Shown piece by piece: positions 37,253-49,890 of a stretch of 64,000 nucleotides of DNA; the first letter of the stretch is position 1, and every line of letters begins with the position of its first letter. This DNA comes from Octopus vulgaris (lineage: Eukaryota): assembly GCA_951406725.2 (NCBI GenBank), contig OX597830.1:53010001-53074000 (forward strand). Reading direction: 5' to 3'. Under the pieces are notes generated by a model. That model searched no databases. It was given only the letters and a program-made list of their open reading frames with translations, and was not told the origin of the DNA. The translations under genes were made by a program, and so were the position numbers.

Positions 37253-38124
37253 CTGAGAAGAAAGAAAAAAGAAAGCCAACACATATCAGCAGGGATTTCA
37301 TGGAAAATTAACGGGAGAGAGGGAGAAGGGAGAGTGGAGAGAGAAGGGAGAGCAAGAGGGAAGAGAGAGTAAGAAGGAATGGGAGAGGCAGAGGAAGAGA
37401 GAAGTGAATGGGAGGAGGAGGTGAGAGAGATAAGGAGATAAGAAGAAAGATAAGAAGGGGAGAGAGAGTTTATGTCAAAGTGGAAAGAGTGGGGTTGGGT
37501 TAAGACTGTTTTATCACAAATTAATGTGGCTCTTTGTCATTTGATAATAATAATAATAATAATGATGACAAAAGGTCGTTTTAACCCCATGACATGTACT
37601 TGTTTTATATCCCTTAAACAAATAAGTTTTATTCCTCTTTACAAATAAGTAAAGTTGGCCTCAGCAACAATCAACTCAGAATATACAGGGTCATAATATT
37701 GATCTCTAATGTTGACACATTGGCTATAAATTTGTAGAGACACTATGGTTTAAACTACAGGACCATTAACAACTTGGAGTGAAGACTGAACCAACTAGTT
37801 TATTCTCACATTAAAACTGATTAACAACAGCTTATGTATATCCCCCAGTTTAAGTTAAGTACAGAGAAATGATATCCTAAACCTGAGGTGCCAAATAAAA
37901 AGCAGTGGAGATGATGAGTTGGTCATGCTGAGGTACCATCATTATAAAACTAATACAAAAATGGTTCTATTAATACATATTTTATTAACCCAGAGGGATG
38001 GAGAGTTATGTTAATTCTGTCAGGATTTGAACTCAGAACATAAAAGTAAGTGGTGGCATAACAACAACAATACAAGAAAGAGAAGAATAAGAAAGGAAGA
38101 AAATCAGGTAATGCTGCTACTCAC

Positions 38125-38246
38125 TCTAGAATAAACCATTTTGTCCACCACTTCGTCACTGGTGAGAGGAATGAGACCAATACGATGGGATATAAACTCA
38201 TCAAACAATACCGAGGAATTGGCTTCCATCTGGACCCAGTCAATGG
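38125..38246 (-). CDS. POLR2C: RPB3 exon 3 (122 nt)
   Basis: (A)[40 protein letters not shown] (RPB3 signature), with AG and GTGAGT boundaries. Confidence 0.97.
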
Positions 38247-38602
38247 CTGACAAAATAGAAACAACAGGAAGCAGCAAATTAACAGGGAATTAATTACATG
38301 TATACAAATTAGTTCTGAGGCTGACACGTGACAACATCTAAAGAGAAAAGACAGAGAGAAAGTTAATTAACATTACAGGTATTATATATATATATACATA
38401 TACAGTAATCCCTTGATCATTGTGGGTGCTATGTTCCAAAACCCCTTCAATAGGGGAAAATCTGTGAAGTAGAAACAGTATTAGTTTAAATGTACACAAA
38501 TGTATAAAAATATTTTTAATTCCATTAGACATTCTAAAATGCTATTAAATTTTATTCAGTTTTAAAACAGGTAAAATCGGAGAGAACTTATGGGATGACC
38601 TG

Positions 38603-38638
<36 letters not shown>

Positions 38639-38677
38639 GTATATATATCTAATTCATATTTTATATATATATATATA

Positions 38678-39550
38678 CACCGGGTGTGGTGAATAAACTG
38701 TCGTCTAAATTACACAAAAATGAAAATAACACTGACATCTCATTTTAACAGATATATTTACTGAAATTACATAAAAAATATCTTGAAATGCTAAAGAGTA
38801 AATTTATTCAGTAAAATCGCCATTGGCTTCAACTATGGCCTTCAGACAACTTCAAAATCTTCTGCAACTCTTCTGGACGGTCTCCTTGTTTAAGCTGGTG
38901 AATGCTGCCATAATCTTTGCCTTCAGTTCATCTTTGGTGTTACAAGGAGTTTTGTTGGTCTCTCCTGCAGCTGCACCCCACACGTAATCATCAAAGGGGT
39001 TGCAGTCTGGGGAGTTAGGTGGCCAGATGTTAGGGGTGATGTGGTCACAGAAATTGTCTGACAGCCATGACTGGGTTCTCTTGCTTGTGTGGCATGGTGC
39101 AGAGTCCTGTTGCCAGACACAGGGTCTTCCAGCAGCCACCCTCTTGACCCGGGGCGGCACTACCTCCTCCAGGCACTTGATGTAGGTCTCCGTGTTGAGT
39201 CTGAGACCGTATGGGAGGATGAATAGAAGCATAACATTGCCATCACTAGTAATCACTCCAAAGACTGTAATGTTGACTGGACGTTTGATTTTTATCACTC
39301 TTGGTACATGTCCTAAGATTGACACCCAAACACTCTGAAATGTTGGTATTGGAGCTTCCAGTGTGAATGCCAAACAGTACAGCATGTCATTTCCAAATTT
39401 CTGACAGAGTGAACAGCATCATGGTGCTGTTTTTCTTGCAGATGGTGCCCAACTGATCCTACTATACTCTGTAGTTGACAAAATCAAAAAGAAGCAACAT
39501 GCATGTGTGAAATTAAAAATATAAAATGGCAACAATTTACCCATCACACC

Positions 39551-39553
<3 letters not shown>
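38678..39553 (-). mobile_element. maT (DD37D) transposon, internally deleted
   Basis: ORF 38852..39385 has WQQDSAPCH...WPPNSPDCNPFD, with 37 residues between the last two Asp. Imperfect TIRs (ccgggtgtggtgaataaa / tttacccatcacaccctg) sit in TA repeats. Confidence 0.85.
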
Positions 39554-39620
<67 letters not shown>

Positions 39621-39779
39621 TAAAATGAGAAGGAAGGTGGTCAGTGCTCACCCCACCCAAACATTTGAATTTAGATTAATGAAGGGACATAACTCCACAC
39701 TACATGGGATTTGGTTTATTCACCACCCTTACTATGACAATGTCATTCACCACCCTTACTATGACGATAATTCTTTCTG

Positions 39780-40130
39780 ATTTTGGCATTAGGTCAATAA
39801 TTTAAGGAGAGGGGATTAATTATTGACACAAGAATTAACTGATACTTTATTTTATCAACACTGAAAGATCGAAAGGCAAAGTTGACCTTGACGGGATTTG
39901 AACTCAGAATATAAAGAGCTGGAAGAAATGTTGCTAAGCATTTTGTCTGATGTGGCTAATGATTCTGTCAGAGTATTAGGTAATTGATTGACAGAAATTG
40001 TTAGTGTTGGACAAATACCTTGAGGTTATTATTCAGGCTCTTTGTGTTCTGATTTCAAATCCTGGTGAGATCAACTTTGCATTTCATCTGCCTGGGGTTA
40101 ATAAAATACCTGTCAAGTACTAGGGATCAA
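39780..40130. mobile_element. Two old family A SINEs head-to-head (39780-39970 minus; 39988-40130 plus)
   Basis: gaaaggcaaagttgacc...gatttgaactcagaa followed by its reverse-complement equivalent. Confidence 0.6.
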
Positions 40131-41266
40131 GTCTTTCCTCTCCCTCATTCCCTCAGAATCAGTCGTACTGCATTGGGAATGTGTTGCCAGAAACCACTCC
40201 TAGTTTCCCTTTCCTACAAGAAATGATGATAGTTCTGCTGTTCTTCCAGTTTGGTTTGCAACTCCCACCTCTCTTTTTCTGCATCTACACAAACACACAG
40301 ACATTTCTCAAAACTATCGTTAAAGACAAGTCAAAAATTTGAATCTCTATTCTGTCCACATCTTTCTCTCTGCCTTTCTCAAAGCATATTGACATGTACA
40401 GAAATGTACACACAGATAGAAATATATGAATGACAACAGTGTTATCTGCTTATCTGTGTGCGTGTGTACACACACACATACATGCACAGAAACATTTCTT
40501 AACAGACATTAAGCTATCACTTCAAAAAATAATAAATTTCTTCTTTTAAAATATGTTTATTACAAACTGAAAAGAAAATGATAAACCTCCATTCTTTAAA
40601 TTTCTCTTCGTAAAATTTACTACTGAATATTTACTTTTCTTTGTTGAACTTTAATAAGTTACTTTCTTTACAATAAGAAATGCTAAGTATCTATTTATCA
40701 TTCACTCTGTTTTCTTTTTATCTAAGTGGTGTCTCACCCAACACACAACTAACTTTCACTTCAGTTTTCTCCATTCGTTTATTTCAGAAAATTGTTGGAA
40801 GATTATTTTATAGCATCTTTTTTGAAATTTATTATTAAAAAGTTTGTCATGAAAGAAGACGATGAAAGGGAAAGTCGACCTCGGCTGAATTTGAACTCAG
40901 AACGTAACAGCAGACGAAATACGGCTACGCATTTCACCCGGCGTGCTAACGAATCTGCCAGCTCGCCGCCTTAATACACATCATCATGAGAGAGAGGAGA
41001 TGTATTTATATGTATCAATATATAACAGGAATCAGTGTTGTAACAGTAGGGAACTAAAGCAAAAACAGGTAGTTGTTGTAGTTGCTTAGCCTCAAGTTGA
41101 TGCTGAATGGTCAAAAGCATGTCAGCCATGACCATCCTGTCTCATTCATACACAGTGTACCTAGGAGTATATTATGAAATATATCCTCCCATTTTTTAAT
41201 CTGGTGGACTGTGTTTTTGAAGGAGATTTGATTGCTATTTCTTGATGGTCAAGCTACCCTACAGAG

Positions 41267-41748
41267 CAGTGGTTCTCGACTGGGGTCCATATAAGATTTT
41301 TCTGTTAAAACTTATCTGCAGTAAATTGGTTATATTCCTACAATACACAAAATGTTTTAATTTTTTTATGCAATTCCTAATAATATATATATTTCTTTAC
41401 TGCCCACAAGGGGCTACACACAGAGGAGACAAACAAGGACAGACAAAGGGATTAAGTCGATAACATCGACCCCTGTGCATAACTGGTACTTATTTAATCA
41501 ACCCCGAAAGGATGAAAGACAAAGTCGACCTCGGCAGAATTTGAATTCAGAACGTAACGGCAGACGAAATGCCGCTAAGCACTTTGCCCGGTATGCTAAC
41601 GATTCTGACAGCTCGCCTCCCTTCCTAATAATATATAAGTATTAGAAATATAATAGGATTTTTTAAGACACTGAATAGCTGGGGGGTGTCAAGTAGAATA
41701 AAATAGGAATCAGAGGGGTTCATAAGTAAAAATGGTTGAGACACACTG
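41267..41748. mobile_element. hAT-type MITE with a nested family A SINE (41390-41621, minus)
   Basis: TIRs cagtggttctcgac and gttgagacacactg with an imperfect 8-bp TSD (ctacagag/atacagaa). The SINE TSD ttcctaataatatata lies at 41374 and 41622. Confidence 0.85.
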
Positions 41749-41826
41749 ATACAGAAGAGTATGCTGTCGTAGCTCAACTGAAAATAAGTGTTAGGAAGAA
41801 ATGAGAAAACGAATGTGATAACTCAC

Positions 41827-41876
41827 CCATGGTAGGTACTTCTGCTATACATACTCGTCTAAGAGCATTGGCGGAG
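41827..41876 (-). CDS. POLR2C: RPB3 exon 2 (50 nt)
   Basis: tttcAG|C SANALRRVCIAEVPTM G|GTGAGT. Confidence 0.96.
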
Positions 41877-42317
41877 CTGAAAATAGAAGAGGAGAAAATT
41901 TAGTCGAAGTGTGGACAGTAGATGCTAAAACATTGATAACGATGAGATCAAATATTCTGATGATGGCAGTGGTGTTGATGATGATATTAGTGATTATGAT
42001 GTTGATAACTCTAATTATGATGATATCAGTGACCATCATAATCATCATCATTTTAACATCAACTTTTCCATGCTTGCATGGGTCAGACAGAATTTACTGA
42101 AGTAGATTTTTCTACGGTTTGGAGTTCTTCCTGTGTCAACCTTTACTGGTTCCTAAGCAAGGTAATATTTCTTCAGACCAGACATGTTTTTGCAGGACAT
42201 TGAAAATGAATAGCACAGCTTGTATGGCAGTGACAATCATTTATAACTATCACATGACGTCAGGATATGGAGACACAAACACAGACATATAAATATAGTG
42301 TTGAGAAATATTTGTGT

Positions 42318-42830
42318 GTCTGTGTGGTTAGAAGCTTGTTCTCAGCTACACAGTTCCAGGTTCAATCTTTGGCACGTGTCTTCCATTATTTGGTAGACAG
42401 AAACTGAAAGAAGCCTGTCGTATATATGTGTGTGTGTGTGTTCCTTGCCTTGATGTTGCTTGATAGTTGCAAGCAAGCATCACTGTAATGCAAGCTTTGT
42501 CTGTTTCCAATATTCTGTGAAAGCATGTCAAGTCATGAGGAAATGCTACCTAGTTTGGAAACAGGTGAGGGTTGGTGACAGGAAGAGCATCCAGTTGTAG
42601 AAAATCCACCTCAACAAATACTGTCCAACCAATGCAAGCATGGAAAAGCGAACATTAAACGCTGCGGCAGCTGATATGCATATATACATAACGGCTTTTA
42701 GATTTCATCTACCAAAGGTTTTATTAAGTTTGGGCTTATAGTAGAAGACTCTTGCCAAAGGTGCTATGCAGTGGGGCTGAACCCAAAACTATGTGGTTGG
42801 GAAGTAAACCTATCGACCACACACCCCTAC
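42318..42830. mobile_element. Family D SINE (42318-42660, plus) and an inverted partial copy (42690-42830, minus)
   Basis: tgtgtggttagaagctt...ggtagacagaaactgaaagaagcc head. The plus copy ends in the RTE-type tail. Confidence 0.65.
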
Positions 42831-43029
42831 ATATACCTGGTGTATGTACACACACACACATCATAAAATGCACTGATTAACTTAGGTTTCTACAAAATAG
42901 TCATATCCAAAAATAGAAGTAATAAACAGCAACAGTTCACTTAAAACATTTTTAGATTAATTACATTACATGGTACTTAAAATGTTGATGATTAATTAGA
43001 TGGTTCTTAAAATATGGCAGATTAAATTA

Positions 43030-44200
43030 CACGGCCATAAGATGTGGAAGATTTGCATTGTTGTTGCAGTAGAATAAGGAGGCAGAGTAACTGCATGCAA
43101 GCCAGGGTTTTATTGGTGACTCGGTCAGTCCACTTGATGTTTAGGATCCATCTCAGGCCAGAGAAGGAAGACACTGAACTGAGAACACAAAGCTCTGTAG
43201 ACTGCAACCTTGGTGTGTGCTGTTAGCTTACTATTCTCCCAGGCTCTCATCAACCTAACGAGTGTTGTGGCTGCTCTTCCAATATGTCTTCTATTGATCT
43301 CAGAGTCCAGGAAGGATGTTGGAACCAATGCACATAAGTTTCTGGACTGCTCACAGTTGTTAATGGCAATGGCAGTGAGGTGCTCAAGACCTTGGCCCAG
43401 CACTTTTGCCTTCTTTAGAGAGATGGTCAAGTCAAAGTCTTGACAGGCTCTTGTAAAACTGTCCATGAGGCATTGCAGTTGTTCCTCTGAGTGTTACCAT
43501 ACCCACATCTGAAAACAACATGTTCCTGATGAGTACTTTGGATCTTGCTCTCAGTTGAGACACACTCAGATTGAAGCTAGGGGTGAGCACATACCCTGTT
43601 TCACACCACTGCAAATGCTGAAGCATTCTGAGAAAGAACCATCAAACTGAAAGACACCTTTCATGTCTGTAAGGAATGACTGAATGATACTGAGTAACTT
43701 TGGAGGGTACCTAATCTTGGCGATATCTGCTCATAAGGTTGAAGGCTTTCATGAGGTTGATGAAAGTGATGTGAAGTGGTTGTCTTTGATTTCTGCATTT
43801 GTTTTGTAATTGTCGAAGAGAGTAGATCACGTCAATTTTGGAGCATTCTGGTTTGAAACTACACTGAGACTCTGAATAAACCCTTTCAGTGATTTTCTTC
43901 AGTTTGTTTAGGACCACAGGAATTAAACCCTTCCCTTAGCAAGGAAATTCTTCTATAGTTGTTGTGATCACTTCTACCCCCTTTATTTTTATACATGGTA
44001 ACAATACTAGTCTCTCATGTCCAGTGGCATTGCACCTTTTAGAGTTGGTACAGCAGTTTGTGTAGATGCCACTCAATGCTAGTCGAGCACTTGATGGTCC
44101 CCATTGGAATGCCATTCAATCCCAGTGCTTTGCCAATGGAAGTCAATCAATGGCTTTGCTCAGCTCTTCAAGTACTTGTATCACGTTCCTTCATTATTGA
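43030..44200 (-). mobile_element. Decayed RTE (BovB-like) LINE ORF2
   Basis: ERVYSESQCSFKPECSKIDVIYSLRQLQNKCRNQRQPLHITFINLMKAF; FTRACQDFDLTISLKK; ILNIKWTDRVTN. Confidence 0.85.
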
Positions 44201-44236
44201 TAGACATATCAGTGTCTAGCCCACCTTCATAATCAA

Positions 44237-44292
<56 letters not shown>

Positions 44293-44309
44293 ATGTATAC
44301 ACATAAGGT

Positions 44310-44708
44310 TGTGTATGTCCGATGGCATCACACCAGTGCAGAATCACCTCTCTCCGACAAGTCATCCTAACAAGACATCTGCATTGGCTGGGTCATGCCC
44401 TCTGTCGTCAACCAGGAGAATTCATCTACGAAGCAATTGCCCCAGCTCCCCTTCAGGGTTGGCGAAAGCGATGTGGTGGACAACGAAAAACCTGGCTGAT
44501 GACAGTCAAGGCTGATCTGGAGCCCAACCTAGGCTCCCATATCTACGGCGTTCACCACTGGAATAAGGAGTGGTTGGAGATCTCGCAGTCGTTAGCCTCA
44601 AATCACCAGGTCTGGTCGGCATTTGTGCAAGATGCAGCATTGAGGATGAATGAAGCCAGCTCAACCCACCCCGGGTGAATGCTGTCTCAAGACAAGTCAA
44701 GTCAAGTT
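44310..44708 (+). mobile_element. 3' end of an RTE-clade LINE
   Basis: RHLHWLGHALCRQ...WRKRCGGQRKTWLMTVKADLE, with a (caagt)n tail. Confidence 0.75.
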
Positions 44709-45409
44709 GATTAGTAAAAGGTACTGTGTTGTGACAGCAGATGGTAACAAGGAGATACAGTAAAAGTTATTGGTGAAGTAAGATCTGAAGATGCTGGGCT
44801 TCATAGGCAAGATAATGCTGGACCATGAATGATGGGAATGTGTCATATCACATATGGAACAATAAACAATCATGATGATGTATGTTTTCATCATGTTCGT
44901 TTAAGCCTGTGTTGTAAGCCTTAAAAAAATGATTCGATTATGTCTGACCTAGTAATTTTGTTTGATTCTAATAGATCTCTCTTCTTTCTCTTTGTAGACA
45001 ATGTAGACAAACTAAAAATTTGTAGTTGTAAATTCTTTATATGACAAACTTTCTAGAACAAACTTAGGACAGAGTTGCTTCATAAGAAAGGGAAAAGGTA
45101 TAGAAATGGGACCAGAATCGTTATTTTCATAAGTAACATAAGAATACTATTTTAAAAAAGAGGGTGGAGGGAACAGGTATCCTCGCTTTTATTTTATTCT
45201 TTCGCATACAGTATGGAACTTCGAGGGACAGATATTCAAAAACTCTGCAAAATTTAGTCAGTATTTTTACCTCAACTATTTCCAAGGAGTTCAGAGAAGA
45301 GTCTTGGGTGATATGTTGCTATTTCAGAATTAAAGAATCTTGCTCCTCGACTGAGAATTAGGAAGAAACAAAGTTGTGTTGTGTGAGCAAGTAATAATAA
45401 TAATAATAA

Positions 45410-45755
45410 TTCTTTCTAGTATAGGCACAAAGCTTGAAATTGGGAGGGGGGTCTAGTCTATTACACAGACTCCAGTTCCCAACTAGTACTTATTTCATCA
45501 ACGCTAGTGTTCAACTGGTACTTATTTCATCGACCCTGAAAGGATGAAAGGCAAAGCCAACCTCGACAGCATTTGAACTTAGAGCGTAAAGGCAGACGAA
45601 ATGCCGCTGGAAATTTTTCCCAGAGGGTTAACGTTTCTGCCAGCTTACTGCCTTAATAATAACGATAATGGTCACAAATTTTAGCACAAGGCCAGCAATT
45701 TCGGAGGATGGGTAAATCGATTACATCGACCCCAGTAATCAACTGGCACTTAATA
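45410..45755 (-). mobile_element. Family A SINE variants
   Basis: Reverse-complement core and head with (aat)n flanks. A similar cluster lies at 46295-46552. Confidence 0.7.
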
Positions 45756-45768
45756 ATAATAATCTTTA

Positions 45769-46255
45769 GATCTTTTCGGTTTGAACGGCAGTTTTTTCTA
45801 GTGGTGTCATATGAAATTGTCACCCATAATTATGACCCTAGTATCAATCTATTGCCTTTCAATCTTTTTAGGGTTAGGGTTAGGGGTGGGAGAAGGGTAT
45901 CTTTTTTCTTCACAAATGTAAATAAACCCAATCTATTTCTTAAACGAGGGACATATTCATACGCCACAGAATGTTTTCACCTCAATAGACGTTATTGATT
46001 GGTTGAAATTGCAGAAATTGAAGAAAAGAAACAACAAATATCTTACAAACTATAGAATTTTCTCAAAAAAGCCAAGAGAAAAAATGTTTTATTTTGACAC
46101 ATTCTACCAGTATACGAAGTTTTAAAGTGTTTAGTTAACTAGAAATTGTCTGCCGTTCAAAAGGAAAAGATCCCATTCTACCAGTATACAAAGTTTAAAA
46201 GTGTTTAGTTACGTGGAAATTATTTTAAAAAACTGCCTTTCAAACCGAAAAGATC
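45769..46255. mobile_element. Non-autonomous TIR element carrying TTAGGG repeats
   Basis: TIRs gatcttttcggtttgaacggcagtttttt and aaaaaactgcctttcaaaccgaaaagatc, with ttagggttagggttagggg near 45870 and a duplicated right end. Confidence 0.75.
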
Positions 46256-46564
46256 CTGATCTCTTTTTGATTAACCTTTTTTTTTTTTAATTCTCTATAG
46301 ATAAAAGGCCTGAAATTTTGAGGGGATGGGGGTAGTTAATTGGCATTTGAACTCCCGCGTAGCATTTTGTCCGACGTTCTAACGATTCTGCTAGCTTACC
46401 GCTTTAGTATAATAATAATAATAATCCTTTTGGCGTCCTTTCTCCCATAGGCACAAGGCCTGAAATTTGGTGGTGTGGAGGGGACAAGTCGATTAGATCG
46501 ACCCCAGTCCACAACAGGTACTTAATTTATAGACCCCGAAAGGATGAAAAGGATATTTATTTAC

Positions 46565-46650
46565 CTGAGGTCAGTGTCCTCCAAAATGAATTTGATATTC
46601 TCATCAGTAAGCTGCGAGATGCTTACAACAGGTCGATTGGCGTAAGGCAT
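46565..46650 (-). CDS. POLR2C: RPB3 exon 1 (86 coding nt)
   Basis: [28 protein letters not shown](S), donor AG|GTAA. Confidence 0.97.
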
Positions 46651-46963
46651 GGATAATGAGTGTTGAACACATGGAATAGAAAAATAATTGCGAAGAAATT
46701 TCTTGAAGAACTCAATTGAACGGAACGATATTGTGGAGTGTGCTCTCAAAGCTGATGGTTAACAACAGAGATAAAAGTATGGAAACCAATATATCACATT
46801 GGTCACCAACTGGATTACAGTCAGTCTCTCTTTCTCTCTCTCTGTATATATATAATAATGAAATTAATTGTATACAGTGCTCAGGTGCACCACAAAATAT
46901 ATATATTTTATATAGAATTGAGTGAGTAAGAAACACGAAAGAGAAAGGCACTTAACACACATT

Positions 46964-47099
46964 TAGGAGTTATCTATAATAAATAATGATGAAATTGTTG
47001 TATACAGCGCTCAGGTGCACCACAACTTGTCAAAAGTGCGTCGTGCACCTGAGCACTGTATACAATAATTTCATTATTATTTATTGTAGATAACTCCTA
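46964..47099. repeat. Palindrome with 57-bp arms upstream of POLR2C
   Basis: Arms at 46964-47020 and 47043-47099, 4 mismatches, 22-nt spacer. Confidence 0.9.
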
Positions 47100-47296
47100 C
47101 TAAATATATTTGGCAAATATTGCTATATTGCTATTTGAAGCAGTTTGATTTGGGCTATGCGATTTAAAGCTTCGTAGTCTCCCTACTGAAACTTAGCCCG
47201 TTCAGGCTCAGATTACCGTAATCTGAGCCTGCACCAACTAAATTAAATAAACAGATGATGGTGACGATTTCTTTGTTAACCACAAAGGGTCTACAT

Positions 47297-47441
47297 CAGG
47301 GGCGGACTGACAGTATTAAGGGCCCTCGGGCATAACTGTTTACCGGGCCCCTTAGCGTTGATATCAGGAGAGTCAACATGTAGAGTAGAGCTCCGGGCCC
47401 TCAGGCAATGTCCGATTGACCGACGGCTCAGTCAGCCCCTG
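47297..47441. mobile_element. hAT-type MITE
   Basis: TIRs caggggcggactga and tcagtcagcccctg, with an 8-bp TSD (gtctacat/gtcttcat). Confidence 0.8.
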
Positions 47442-47619
47442 GTCTTCATTAAGAAAAACATTATGGACGACACAGGACAAAATATCGTGTGTGTGTGCGC
47501 ACCTGCGCATGTTACTGTCAGGGTTTTGCGTGTAAACAGGTGTAAAAAAAAAAGGAAAAAGGTAATAACATTTTAACAACGAGTATTCCTCAATGAAGAG
47601 GAGACGTTCAAGAGTTGCT

Positions 47620-49440
47620 CAGGGACCAAAAATAAAGACCAAAAACCATGACTTTCTTATGTCTGATTTACAGGCGTATGCTCAGGGCAAGCCTGTTCAC
47701 TCGCACCATTCTCGCCATTTTCATCCACCTTTCAACAAAACGGCTGGAAGGCAACATTTCACTCTCCACCTACTTCAAGTGAAAAAAATGAAAGTGTTTG
47801 TCGCCAGCCCTTTCAGTCTCGTCCACCATACAACCTCTTTCGCCGTGGCCACAAGGCATGTAAAAACTCCTTGCCCTTCCCGGTTAAAAGAAGGCGTCGG
47901 GGTGATCTTCACGATAGATTCCGTTAATAGTCGGATCCGCCCACACGTGACAGCAGATGTTCGACAAAAACCTATATGTCAGCAATGCTCGGACACTGAA
48001 CGAATGCGTACAAGATGGTTTCGTCGCTCTGCGCTCATCTTAGACATGTTCGGCTGACGGCACTTCCATGCCTGAAGGAAGTGCTGGAGTTGTAGTGTCA
48101 GCACATTATCAGTCACGACATGCTCAGTCCACCACGCAGCGAAGGTTGACAATAGAGAGATTTCCTGGTCATCGAACGCGTCCCTTCCACAAGAAGAGAA
48201 TGAGTATAAAGCCCGGTGGTCAGACAGCAGCAGATGACGGACGCGATGTACGCATTAGCCACCTTTACTCGACCTTTCAAGGATAGTCACCCCTTGGTCC
48301 ATTTCTGGGTGAGAGTAATTACCTTGCTTGTCACCTCGTTCTAGTTTTTGCCCATCTGGAAATCTAGACCGAATAAAGACCCAAATAATTTAACCTGTCC
48401 GTCCGCCCAGCGCCCAATAACGCAATTGGACAGTATGGACTTGCTTCTCCAGGTGCCGAGTCGCAAGTCCACTGACTTTTCCTGACTAATTTTCGCTTCC
48501 AATACTACTTCTGAGAGCGGTGCCGATTATCTCAATGTGTTTGCTTTTCGACATCACCACGGTGACTTCGTCGGCATTTGCTGACACGGATCTCACACAC
48601 GGTTTCGAGAGGTGACCGTTCACTCTAGACACTGAACAGATGTTGCTGTGCATTGCAGCGATTCATCCCCTGAATTCGGACCCGAAACCGGCTGCCTTGA
48701 GGACCACCGCCAGGTATAGGTGCACTAGCGTAGCTGGGGGAGGGGGGCAGGCCGCCCCGGGCAGCACTTTTGGGTCTACAGTAGGTAATGTCTTTTTTGT
48801 GGGGTCCAGGGGCGGAAAACGAAAGAGCCGCGCCGGGTGGCACACACTAGCTACGGGTTGTTCGCTCTATCAAGACCTTTGAATTGATCCAAACTGATCA
48901 GGGCCTCACTCGTGCCAAGTTCTTTACCCACTGTCTCTATGACGTACCGTAGTAGGTGGAGGTTGTAGATGGATCTTTTTAGGATGGCTCATGTCTGCAC
49001 CTCTCCTACGGGACCACTGACGACAAGCGAGTTCACCATACTACCTGTTTCGCTACATTCACCAGACAAAAATTGTCTGTACCTCTCAGCCAAAGGAGGG
49101 CGGCGGGACAATCTTCACTATGGATTCAGCTGTTAGCCGGACACGTCCTACACGCGACAGCAGATGTTCAACATAAACCCACAGGTTAGCAATGCTTGGG
49201 CCCTGAACGAGGGCGTGCAGAACGGTTTCGTCGCTCTGCGCGCATCATGGGCAGGCCCGGCTGACGGCACTTCTATGCCTGTAAAGTTTATCCCGAACGG
49301 GTAGCGCCCCTTGGTAGCACTGCCAGGCAAGGGATTTCTGGAAGTTATCCATATAGGCCCAGGCCCAAAAGTTCTCCGAAACAGTTGATTCTCGTCGACG
49401 CCCAGAGTTTCCCCGAAACCGTCGTCGCACTTTCTCTCCG
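47620..49440 (-). mobile_element. Rearranged Tx1/L1-like LINE fragments
   Basis: GC-rich. The minus strand reads LAWQCYQGALPVRDKLYRHRSAVSRACP..AQSDETVLHAL (zf-RVT-like) at about 49330-49195, with a second diverged copy at about 48080-47980 and RT-like remnants between. Confidence 0.7.
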
Positions 49441-49464
49441 CTAACCCGCTATTTAATAATAATA

Positions 49465-49866
49465 ATCCTTTCTACTATAGGAGGCAGAAGGCCCGAAATT
49501 TGAGGAGAGGGAGATAGTCGATTATATTGATCCAGTGTGTAACTGGCACTTAATCTATCGACCCCGAAAAGATGAAAAGCAAAGTCAACCTCGGCGGAAT
49601 TTGAACTCAGAACGTAACGGCAGATGAAATACCTATTTCTTTACTACCCACAAGGGGCTAAACAGAGAGGAGACAAACAAGGACAGACAAACGGATTAAG
49701 TCGGTTATATCGACCCCAGTGCGTAACTGGTACTTATTTAATCGACCCCGAAAGGATGAAAGGCAAAGTCGACCTCGGCGGAATTTGAACTCAGAACGTA
49801 ATGGCAGACGAAATACGGCTAAGCATTTCGCCAGGCGTGCTAACGTTTCTGCCAGCTCGCCGCCTT
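49465..49866 (-). mobile_element. Tandem family A SINEs
   Basis: A near-consensus minus copy at 49634-49865 plus an adjacent partial copy. Confidence 0.85.
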
Positions 49867-49890
49867 ATATAATAATAATAACAATAATGA

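Noticed and set aside
41845-42100. Met/Ile-rich ORFs, and the many YIYI/CVCV ORFs in the track
   Set aside because: They are translations of (ATG)n, (TA)n and (CA)n microsatellites.
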